Shown here: one piece after another, positions 23,331-34,500 of the stretch
Numbering within the stretch: position 1 is the stretch's first letter
Layout: the number at the start of each line of letters is the position of its first letter
Assembly: GCA_047495785.1 (NCBI GenBank)
Contig: JBLDXI010000074.1
Location: forward strand, 558,001-622,000
Direction of reading: 5' to 3'
DNA length: 64,000 bases
DNA from: Lepidodermella squamata
Taxonomy: Eukaryota; Animalia; Gastrotricha
Made by a program: the position numbers and the translations under genes
Notes under the pieces: model-generated
What the model was told of the DNA's origin: nothing
Databases searched by the model: none
What the model saw: the letters and a program-made list of their open reading frames with translations, nothing else

Positions 23331-24474
23331 TTATTTGAGTAATTTTTTAAGAATATCAGAGATTCATTTTCTGTGAAATAAATGTGATAGCAATTCTTTA
23401 GCGTTTTGTTCCGCAATGCAAGCTATCGCTCAAGTGTGTTCGAAAAACCTGCTGAAATTCAGAACTTGTTTTTGGCTCGTCAATCACTAACCACAAATTC
23501 GAATTCAGTCGATTCGTCACCCATTCAGCGCCCAATTCCGCAATAATCGCGCAGAATGTTTGCACATTTAGCTTCTTCCTTATCGGAGCTTCATGTTAAA
23601 AGTTGAATTCATGACTGGGGCAATGGTTACTCGCGACTCGCGATAATGGCCGAATGAAAAAACTAGTACTATAAAAACGTCATTTCGTAGCAAAAATGTC
23701 CTAATATACTACTTTTTCTCACTCCTCAAAAAATAAAGTGAAAAAGTTGCTCAAGTTTTTATTCACAATTTTTCCGGTCTTGGTAGCGTCAACATTCGAG
23801 TTTTTATTCAAGTCCGTCATCGTCCGATCATCAACACATGATTTTCATATATATATAATATAAGCCGAGAGAGGGAAAGAACTGCGTTAAAAAGATTTCT
23901 TCATCTCGAGAGAACGCCGTGATACAACGTATAAGATAAAACAGTCATCATCGTATTAGCATATAAATTATTTCAAACCGATATCGATCTAAAAAAATCA
24001 TTGGTTAATTAACGAATTTCGTCATCGCATAGCGATATATTATAATGCACAAACTAAAAAGCTAACAACTACAGGTTTCATCGTTGCCGATATCGAAGAA
24101 GAAGAAGAGAAAAACCCTTGAAATACAGCCATCATAATAGCAGTATCGTTGTTTTCATTTTTCACAAAGGCAGGCTATATAAAAACGATAGCGAGAGAAG
24201 AGGTGAGAGAATAGGAAGAAAGAAAAAAATCCACTGTTTTATCGCACAATACGATGTATTAATTTTTTGCATATTTTTAATTTATACAGGTAATTTAACA
24301 ATAATTTCGTAGAAAATCAAATGGTGATGAATAGGTATTATAGTAGTAATAAAAAAAGAGGAAGTTTTTTTCATCGAAAAATTGTAATGCTGCGTAACTT
24401 TTTACAGGTGTGTTGTTGTGTCTGTGTGTTAAATTAATTAATTACAAAAAATGAGCCGATGTTTTTCTTATTTG

Positions 24475-27400
24475 TTACTCGAGCCACACCTGGGTCAATC
24501 GGTGGCTGCTGTTCGCGTTTTGCACTGAAACTTTCTGCATGAGTGAGCTCAGTTCGGCGAGGCATGAATCGTAGTCGAAACGGTCGTCCTGTTGCGTGGC
24601 GCTAAGATTCGCCGTCGACGGCGTGCCGTGGACGCTGTTAACCGGCGTCGAGTCGGTCAGATTGCTGACGCGGCGAATCGCACGGCTGACTGAACTCTGG
24701 AACGACAAATCGCTGGCCTCGTGGTCCGATTCGGACGACTCGAAGCCGTTCGACCGTGACGATAGGCCGGTGCGCGCCGGTGATGCGTAGCAGTTGGAGC
24801 CCTGCAGCACGACCTCGTCCATTTCTTCGTCGAAGAAGTAGTCGTCGGTCTCGTCCTCCTCGTTGTCGCTGTCGTCGCTGTCGGCGCCGTCGAGCAGGTC
24901 GTCGGATGACTGTGACGAGGCGGTGAGCGGGCGGCCGAGGCCGATCAGCAGGCGGTTGGCGTTCAGCATCGTCGCGCTGTGCGGCACGTCGCTGAGCGAG
25001 GAGTACGACGAGTCGACGCCGTTCGACGTCGACACGATGACGGAGGAGGTTGGCGAGGAGAGGGCGGACGACGACGGGTACGAGGCCGGCGAGGCGGGGT
25101 GCGGCGGCACGGGGGGAACAACCGTCGGACGGTGACTAGCTCGGACCGGGTCGGTGTCGCGCGCCTCGAAGAATCCTTCGACCACCGAACTATTGCAAAT
25201 CTAAAATGAGACAAAAGTGAACAAATAAAAATTATTCGACGAGTCTGGAAGAAAATCAAAAGCGGAACCAAATATGCATTTTGCCGAACCCTGAAATCTA
25301 GAAAATTCCAAAATTTGGTTTCGCTACAGCATACAGTTGGTTGCGGTTATAGGAGAAAAGACCGAAGAATAGACTTAAACCATCGCGTTACACCATGTCA
25401 TTCTCGTCATTACCCTAGGAGTGCGCATATACTCGTCATGTAATTTTTTTGCTAATAAGCAGTAAGATTTTTTTGCGGGTCGCATGTGTTCGCAGAAAGA
25501 AATCGCATACACCTACCAGTTGACAAACTGATTTCTTTTTTCCTCGTATGTAATTTCTGATCAAAGAGGCCAATCAAAAAAATGGCCAACTTTGACGGGG
25601 CTCGAACCCCGTCCGCCTGTTGAACAGGCCAGTATAATAGCAACTGCACCATGTTGCCATCTAAACTGGCCGATACTTGGCTGCTAAAGCCATTCGTGTT
25701 TTCTGGGTCAAACGCGGGCATGAGTCATGATATTTGACCTAATTGCTGGCAAGCTTCAGGGCATTTTTTGCCTTAAAACCTAATTTATAGGTCACACATT
25801 AAGCTTGACGGCTTAGCCAAGTCGATTAATTATCGATGTTTGTGAGAGCGTCCAGGGTTCGTCTCAACGTGCCGCCATCGCTTTTTTCGACGACCTGACG
25901 GAGCAAAAAGAAATTAAATACGAGGAAAAAAGAAATCAGTTTGTGAGCTGGTGTGTATGCGATTCGCTGTGTGCGTATGTTTTTCCTCGTATGCGTAAGA
26001 AAAAAAATATAAACGAGTTTGTGCGAGAACCTTCTCATCCTGTTAACATGAAAGAAATCCCATTCAAAGATGAAATTCTAATCAACTAGAGAATGAAAAA
26101 CCTGCCAAATTTGTTCCGCCAAATTTGCCCTATACGTCATTTTGTCTTATAATTCATCATAATTGAATTTTTTGTGCAAACAAGCCGCTAATTTTTTCCT
26201 AAATATTTTAACGATGTTCATATGGAATTTTAACAAACGCGCCTATGCCACCTCGCCTCTGTCATATATCATCCACTGAGTGCATCGGTATCTCAAGCCA
26301 CGTGAACGCAAGTTTGAACAGTTGGCGGAGGTATCCCTGGGCAAGCCTTTAAATTAGCGAAACTGAGCTGAAATTTCCACGACAATTCTTATTTCCATTT
26401 TTTCTCTCGAATATGAACAAGATCATTCTTCTCACTCTTGTGGTGGTAAGGTTTTTGCATGCGCCTCTGTTCGTTTGATACCCTTTCATTTAACAGGCTT
26501 TCGCCGCTGTGCTGGCTGTATCAGCCCACGAGGATACGGCGCGTGAGGCTGCCTACGAAGAGGAGGCAGCTCGTGCAGACAGGCATCGCAAGGAGTCTGG
26601 CCATAAGCCACACCGCAGCGGAAATCATGGCAAACATAACAGGCTTCACGGCAAGAAGAATGAAACACACGTTGAAGCTGCTCGAGAATGCCCCCCAATG
26701 TGCTGTGTCCCCCCAGATTGCTAAATTAATTCCGCGCATTCGATCAGCATCTGCTATTGCCCTTCAATTGGAGCGCTGAGACTTCAACACGATGAGAGAG
26801 ATGATTATCATATGATGATGATGATGATGTTATAAATAAAATCAAAATAGAAAATACAGCATATTTTTACTGAATGGTTTCTTGATATGTATGCATAATT
26901 AAATTCTTGAATGTTTTCAGTACCCCGAAATTATGATGACCCTGATAATAAAGGATTAGATTTTGACCTCAGAAAGCCTTTCAGATAAGTGAACTCTTGG
27001 CGTCTTAGCCTACAAAAGATATACTAATGTTGAAAAATTCGGAACAATTCGAATAAATTGAAATTGAAATTGAAGTTTTCTCTACTTAGCTGCCGTTTCC
27101 TTCCAAACTGGAAGTAAGGCCTTATTGGATTTACAGATTTGTGCCGCTATAATTTAGGTTTGATTAGGTTAGATAGATTACGCCTAGCGATGTCCTACAA
27201 ATCACAGCCTATATCGATTTCAAGTGTTTACCAATCGCTAATTTTTTCCGATATCAGCAGTCTTGGAACATAAATTTTTAAGCTTCCTACGTACAGCTAG
27301 CAAACAGATCCTAGAATTTCGGGGGCCCAATTATTCATCAAGAGAGGAAAAAGCCGAAAACAGCAAATAATGGGAAAAATTCATTATACAGCGTTTTTCA

Positions 27401-28579
27401 TAAGTAACGCAAATAACGAAATGCACTGATAATGGATCAGAATGTCTAAATTGAGACTCGAAGCCGCATCTCAAGGCCAGAAAAGTTTCAAGTTCCAAAT
27501 GCCATGAATTTGACACTTGTCAATGGGAATAAAAAAATGCCGAAAAATGTGGTCCAAACGGGTGAAATACTGAAAATGACCAAACCAGTTACCAGCAGGT
27601 TTTTTTCCGGTAAATTTGTTATTTCTTCGGATAATGGATGGAGGATGCTACCGTTAGGTTACATTCAAAAATAAATAAATTTCACATTAAATAATCGCAA
27701 AATTATATAAACTGATTTATGGGAAACGCTTTCGAACCTAGAATTTGAGGGTTGAAATATTTAGCCCGAAAAAACGTAAGGAATTCGAATTTTTAAGTTT
27801 TCTCGTTTAAACAGCTGAACTTTTATTCAAGCTGAAATGTTTTTTTCTATCTCTCATGAACTACATTTCGTAATTTTTCTAGAAATTTCTGAAAATTTCC
27901 CGTTTCTACGGTTTTGTTATGGGATGATAATGTGTACACTAACCTCTTCCGGCAAATCGAGTAAGTGTTTCAGCCATCGATCGAGCACCAACTCGAGCTG
28001 TTCAGCAGCTTCGTGGCTCGCCGCATCCGCATCACACGCGAGCGGCGCCGGCGGCACAACATCGGCCTGTTTCCGCCGCCGGCTGAACAGCGACCACGAA
28101 CTCGTCGCGGCCGAATGCGCCGACGCGGCGCCGTTGGTGCGATGCGCCGACAACTTGGCCGCCTCTTCCGCAGCCAGCGGCACAAATTTGCGCCCGTTAT
28201 CCAGCCGGCCCTTGAAAGACCTCAGCAACTCGGCCTGGAAGTGAAGAAAATCAGCGTACGACCGCCTGATATACCGCCGCTCGCCGCCCGACCAGCTCAC
28301 TTCGATGACGAACTCGAACATCTGATCCGAGTTGTTGCCGTTGTTGTTGTTGCAACTCGCGTTGTTCGCCTTTTTGTTAGATGGCGACAGCGCCTTGGAC
28401 GGCTTGTCGTGTTGCACCTGCACGAAGCCGGTTACGGTGGCGGTTTGCAGCGAGCTGTTGCAGAAGCACAGCTCGTGAGCGGCGGCGATCGGGCGCCGCG
28501 ATGCCGCGTTGGCGCCGCTGTACGCGATGCCCGTGTTCTCGACATCGCTGCTGCCGCTGTTCGACGACGTTTTGCCCAC
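24475..28579 (-). CDS. PX-domain protein (NCF1/SH3PXD2/PXDC1-like PX, no SH3 seen) with Ser/acidic tail; exons ~28579-27944 and 25200-24475
   Basis: PX motifs ATVTGF, FEFVIEVSWS..RYIRRSYADFLHFQAELLRSF. The phase-0 splice gives LLDLPEE|ICNSSVVEGFFEAR, matching the PX C-terminal helix. Start codon uncertain. Confidence 0.8.
25583..25658 (-). other. tRNA-like sequence (tRNA pseudogene or SINE head) with oligo-T terminator
   Basis: GGCAACATGGTGCAGTTGC...GCCTGTTCAACAGGC.GACGGGGTTCGAGCCCCGTC..GTTGGCCA followed by T7. A-box-like and B-box motifs present; anticodon arm non-canonical. Confidence 0.5.
26413..26724 (+). CDS. Secreted Cys-peptide precursor copy 3 (exons 26413-26445, 26497-26724), nested antisense in the PX gene intron
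   Basis: MNKIILLTLVV|AFAAVLAVSA-HEDTAR-EAAYEEEAAR-ADRHRKESGHKPHRSGNHGKHNRLHGKKNETHVEAAR-ECPPMCCVPPDC*; GTAAG donor, 51-nt intron, AATAAA near 26835. Confidence 0.88.
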
Positions 28580-31500
28580 CGTTTTCGAGCCGAGATTGGG
28601 GTGTAGAAAGATGAATCAGTGAAGCTAATGATAAGCCCTGGGTCCAGAGCTTCTTGTCGCGATTATTTCATGTAATAACAACGCGTCTCCGGCACTGCAG
28701 CGGGAAACCGGAATAAATCAAATAATCAACAATTTCTATATCAAAAAATTAAATTTCAAATGTTGACCAGAAGAAGAAAATCACGAGTCAGTCCAGCATG
28801 GGCTAAAATTCAAAAATATTGCGGAAAATGCATTTTCATGTGGAATGGGAAATTCAGAATTATTCTGATTTTCACCTAGTTTTGAATATTATTGTCCAAA
28901 TTTCATTTTTGACCCGGTTTCGAAGATTTCTGAGCAATAAAAATTGGAATGACCTAAATTTTTGAAAGGGAGGTTAAAGTTGTAAAAATCAAGGTATCTA
29001 CAAAATTATTACTAGAATTTAAGAAGATTTCTGGAGTTCAGAAACTTCAAACATTTTACTAGACATTTTAGTGGAGTTTAAACAAAAATTATAGGTAAAA
29101 GGACATATTTCCTAAATTTCTTAACAATTTTTTCTAAAAAAATGAAATTAAGGTGGGAAAGGTTCAAATAACGTATCATTTGAGTTCCCAGGGATAAACG
29201 CTTCGGAAATAAAATTTTACAAGCTCGTTTGAAGCTATTTTTCAGCTTTCAAGCTTAGGAATTAATCATAGTTAACGTCAATTTCGATTTGACCCTTGTG
29301 AATTCCGAAATTTCAATAGGTTTAATGAATTAAAAAAAATCCTTGAAAAGAAGTTGGTAGAAATTGTTGTTAACTCTAACGAAACGGCTTTTCAGTTTTC
29401 TGTGTAAATACTTGTTAGGTTTTGTGGGACAAAAGAAGGTCAAGGCGGGAAGTAGAACGGTAAACGGTGCCAAACAAAGCCTAATTATCAGGTCGGAGAA
29501 ATCTCTCTCTCCATGCTCAAATTAAGCTCAAACACACAGTAAATTAAGGGGGTTAGAGTCAATAAAAAGTGCGCGATAACTTTTCATACCTATTATAGCA
29601 CACGAAAAGGATATATGTATATACCCTTTTCAAAAACACATCCGCAACACAAGAAAGTCAGTCACCCTACTATGTAGCCGCCAATGTAACAGCTATGTGT
29701 TGACGTTGCCCGCGTAAAAGAACAAGCGTGTTTACATTCGTCGCGCTTTTCCGCGTATTACATTACCATGTTGCGCTCGCAGTGTTATATAATACTTATA
29801 TTTCCTCGTCAAAAACTCGCGCGTAAAAACTTGTATATAGTCATTATCGCGCGCCAAAAAGTGAAACGCGCGCTTTTACCAAGTTCCGCTGTGATGGTCA
29901 ACTTTGTTATACTTACAGCTATAAAAATGGCCGCAAACAATAACAACGGCTCGCGCTACACGGGTTATCGCGCACCTTGAAATTTAGAATCATATATCGC
30001 GAGTGAAATATATGGGAAAATTTTTATAAGCCAAAGCCAGTGATTATCGCTTGTTTTTCAGTGCTAAACATGACCTTTCGTGTTTTTTGGCAGCAAAAAA
30101 TTCAATTGAAAAAAAAACAATTTTCAAATTATACCTTTTCACGTATTTTGTAATTGCTACCCACATACTTGTCAATGATAATAAATAAAAAATTAGCCCA
30201 TGAAATTTTTTTTGTGTATTTGATACTCTTGCCACACAAAAAAAGTATAAGTAAACAATACTAGTGAACAAGTGCTAACTAGCCGCAAAGCTATTATTAT
30301 GGGGATTTTTTTTCAAGATGGACTGTTAACAGGTGTGCGCACCTAATGTAGACGTACCGGCCGGCATTTGTCAGTCAATTTGATATGATTCTTATCCCAG
30401 CCGAGCTCGTTATACACATTTTACGAATAATTAAAAAGCCGAGGCACATAATGTACGGATATTATCTGTAATTGAGCTGCGTATATCATCAGTTAATGGA
30501 GGTGGACTAAGATGGATAACAAGCTTGAGATTTCATTCACAAGCGTGGACAATGGACAAGCATTAAAAAATTATCAAGCTAAAATTCGTCTCGAGTTGAA
30601 ATTTTAAACAAATTTGCATTAGCTGATAACTCTTAATTATGCAGCCGAAAGGCCATGAAAATTCGGAAAAACGGAGCGCACGGTGAGAACAAGAAAGGAA
30701 AGATTTAATTCTCTGAAAAATTGCGAGAATGATCGCACAAAATTAGTAAAAAAAATCGAAGCACGGCATGCTACGTCAGAGTTTAATAATTAATTACAAC
30801 CAAGGGAATGCGAAAAATAAAAAATTTCAAATAATCAATTTATTGGTGGGGAACCTGTTTTCCCCCCATGGTGTGGTGAACGAGTCAAGGTGAATAATTC
30901 TGGAATAATCCTTTTTGCTTGGATGTGGTGTAATAAATTAAGGCGAAAATAATTCCTTGTTTGATGCGCAATGACTGTTCTATCCTGGGTAAAAAAAACG
31001 CATATTAGCGATTCAGCGTGTCGCGCGCACAAAGTTAACTGGACCTTGACAAAATTTGCGAGTGCGCGGCGGGATGATTAAAAGGCGCGTGTCGCATGCG
31101 CGCACAAACTGGGTCAGGTGATAATAATGCAGTATATCTATAACCTATTCTTCTTCAAATACTGGCGTTGAAATGGTGAAAAATTTTCCGGTTAAAAAGG
31201 CCTCTATAAACAATAATAATAATAATAATAATAACAATACCTATATGGAAAATTAATATGCACGTCGACCGCGACTATTTAGCAGCCAACGCCTAGTTTA
31301 AATCATCATCAAGATTATTTCAGCGTAGAATAAATAGCTCGTAATTATGATATAAACACCACCAGCGATATATATACCATACATCGCAGTATTATATTCA
31401 GACGAAAATTATAGGCAGCACAATACTGAACGGTTCTTTCCACTCGAGACATTTCAACTGTTGACATCTGCCCGCTTAAAACTCAGGTGTATAAAAACTG

Positions 31501-34500
31501 TGTTGAATAGCGATTACGTACAATGGCGAGATGTAAAAATTGTTGAATATTAAAAATAATGGCGGAAAAATTGTTTCTAAAACAATGAATAAAAACTGTG
31601 CAAGCGAGCGAGCGAGAGAGCGAGAGCCAGGTATTACACGCTAGAAAAATAAATTGTTAAATTGTTTGGCGGAAAACAATTATTATTGTTATTAACAAAA
31701 AAACAAAGCACAGCACACGCGCTTCTATAAGACGCGTGACATAGAAATCCATGACAATTTTTGAAAAATCTGCCATTTTAATAGCGTTGATTTTCAATCT
31801 TGAGCTTTTAGCAAAATTTACACACACAAAAGAGGACTGAAATTTAGTATAAAAAAAGAAGACGGAATGAACCGGTGAGATATAAAACTGGCCCATGGAT
31901 AGCAAATATAAGCAAAATTAAGGTGAGAAGAGCGGGTAAATTATATAAGCTCGCAAAAACTGAGTGTAAAAAATTCCGATGCGAGGGACATTCATAATTA
32001 TCAGTGCGTGTTACCGTCAAAATAATGCTTAAAAAAGCCATCGAATTGAAAGTAAAAAGCCGCGGGAATAATAACAACACGTGTAATATAAATTAAAATC
32101 ACGCCCTTAATAAATTGTTTCTGTATACACGCTATTAAAACCTGTAATAAGATGTCCCTGGTATCAATACGGTGAGACGACTTGTTTATGACTCGGCTTT
32201 TTCTGTATATAAATAAGCTATATATTGGATACCTAGGTATATGATGGACGCAGAAAAATGGCGCGTATTTTGGCGAATAAACAACAAGCAGAGAGAGCAG
32301 TCGTATAGTGGCGATGCGAAATTTCCACGTAGTCAGGTGTGGAAGTTGGTACGGCGAAGGCAGGAAAGCGTGTAATATGATAATATTAGTAATAATAATA
32401 CTAGACGCGACAAGTGGGCGGTTGTGGTGTTGCAGCTGCGCAAGTGCGAGTCGCTCGTCGCAAAAAGCGGCAACACAAGCGTGTGTTTCGGTAACAATAA
32501 TACACACGCGGTAACAAAAACAACCGCACTATCTGTCTCTTATATATTGCCGCGGCTCTTCATCTATATCAGGGCGGCGTATGAAGCAAGCGGTAAAATG
32601 GAGGAAGATACATGGAACATAGGTATTGCGTTGGTACACACAAGCGAAGGTGGTTTTGTGTCGCTGTTCCTCCAACTCATCATCGTCTTCGTCCCGTTGC
32701 ATGCTAGGGCTGCGGAACTGAGCAAACTTGACTCGCATCTTGATGGCGGCAAAATGACAATGATGATGATGAGCAACGCGCGTGTTTTCACGCCGTGATT
32801 TGCGTTCTGGTGCATTCCTCTCTCGTTTTGCGTATCGCTTACACGCCAATGATTATAGGTAAGTATATCAAGAAAACAATAAAAACACCTATGCGCAAAA
32901 ATAAAATAGAAAATAATTAAAATAAATTCTCAAAAAATTAGGGAAACTCGAGAAAAAAATAGAAAAAAAGAAAAAGTTAAAAATTGACGAAAATGAGAAA
33001 ATTTGAATTAAAAACTTTAAATCTTTAATTTTTCAAAATTTCAAGAAGAACCCCAAATTTTATTATTCATTGTCTAGGAATTAATATAAAAAATAGAATG
33101 GGGTCATCTCAGTTTTTTATTTCTTTAAATTATTACTATATTTTGTTTCCTCTCACAAATAATTAATTATACCTAATGTGAGAAATTTCTCACTGCGTGT
33201 TGCCCCTTGTTGTTATGCATATCATTAGTTCGTGAAAGAAATAAATTTCTTTATTCCTCAGACAATAATGGCTCGAAATAGCAACTATATGTGAGAAGAG
33301 ATGATAGCCGTTACACAACAGTTACGCGTTACACCTCTAAGCTCTAGAACTGGACGAAAACTTGGAGCGAGTCGCCTAGGACCCCGGATGTTGGGCATAA
33401 TAAAAGGTTCATTAACGGGTAAAACAAAAGTATTAGGAAGTTGGTAACATTCTCGAGACAGTGTAGTTGCTGTGATAACAAGTAGAGAGTAGTAGTACAG
33501 CCGGTGAATGCCGGGCGTACGGCGACGTTGAAATGTGCATCAACGCGGCTCGCGTGGCTCACTGGCATTATTACTACCTGAGCGATGGCAGACGATAGGC
33601 CTAGACACAGCGCACAGTCTGTAACAGGTAACTATAACGAGAAACGCTAACAAGTTTACAGCTGTATCAAAATACAAAATTTGACGAGTTTGCATGCGAA
33701 GAAATTTTTTCGTATAAATACCTATACCTACCTCATAATTTCGGAAAAATGGATATAGGAAAATGTTCCAATAATTCAGTGCTTAGAACAGAAAAACGTT
33801 CACATGAAGTTCAAGTTTTAGAAATAAGGAAGTCTCTGGAAGTCCTATTAAAGCCCAACGGCATCCTTTCCTGCCAGATAAAAGAATAAAAGAATCCGAT
33901 TTCTTTGGAGAAAAATTCAAGTAACTTCAAAACGGTACCAGATTTTTGCAGTAGATTTTTTGGTGAGAAAAACAAATGAAATGAGGAATTGAGGGATGGA
34001 TCGATTACGATTCAAACTCAAATTCTTATAGAGAAAGTTATCAACTTCGAATATTTTTCAAGGGTCTCAATTAATTTAAAAAATTAAATAATTCAATTTA
34101 AGTTATTCAAGATATTTTAGGGGTCTAACTTTTGGCGGAACCAAATTTGCCCGGAAGCGGAACAGCATTTTGAATAATAAAATTGCTGTTTCTGAATTTT
34201 CTGGAATTTCAGGAATAATAAAAAAAGTTCCAAATTAATTGCGTTTGAAATATCCGTGATTTATGCATAAGGCTTGGTCCTAGCTATCAGAATGCATAAC
34301 AGCCATGTTATACAAAATTATTCGAAAATGGCACCTTTCATAAGTTTGCCATTTGGTTCCGAAATAGCAGACGAATTTGTTCCCGCTAAAAGGTTAGCTC
34401 ACAAGGACCTTCGAAAATTATGTTGACAAAATGAATAAAAAATCCCTACATCTAGCTTTGGAAAACCTTGAAGCTACGGCAAGCTGGTCCTGAATGCAGG

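Noticed and set aside
27837-28614. Long plus-strand ORFs (213 aa, 135 aa) over the PX exon, and similar ones at 24596-25209, 50773-51187 and 59367-63606
   Set aside because: Antisense or alternative-frame shadows of GC-rich real exons, with no recognisable motifs.
32001-32849. Overlapping 80-170 aa ORFs in the gene-free tract
   Set aside because: Low-complexity, no domain motifs and no consistent splice partners; at most a non-coding exon.
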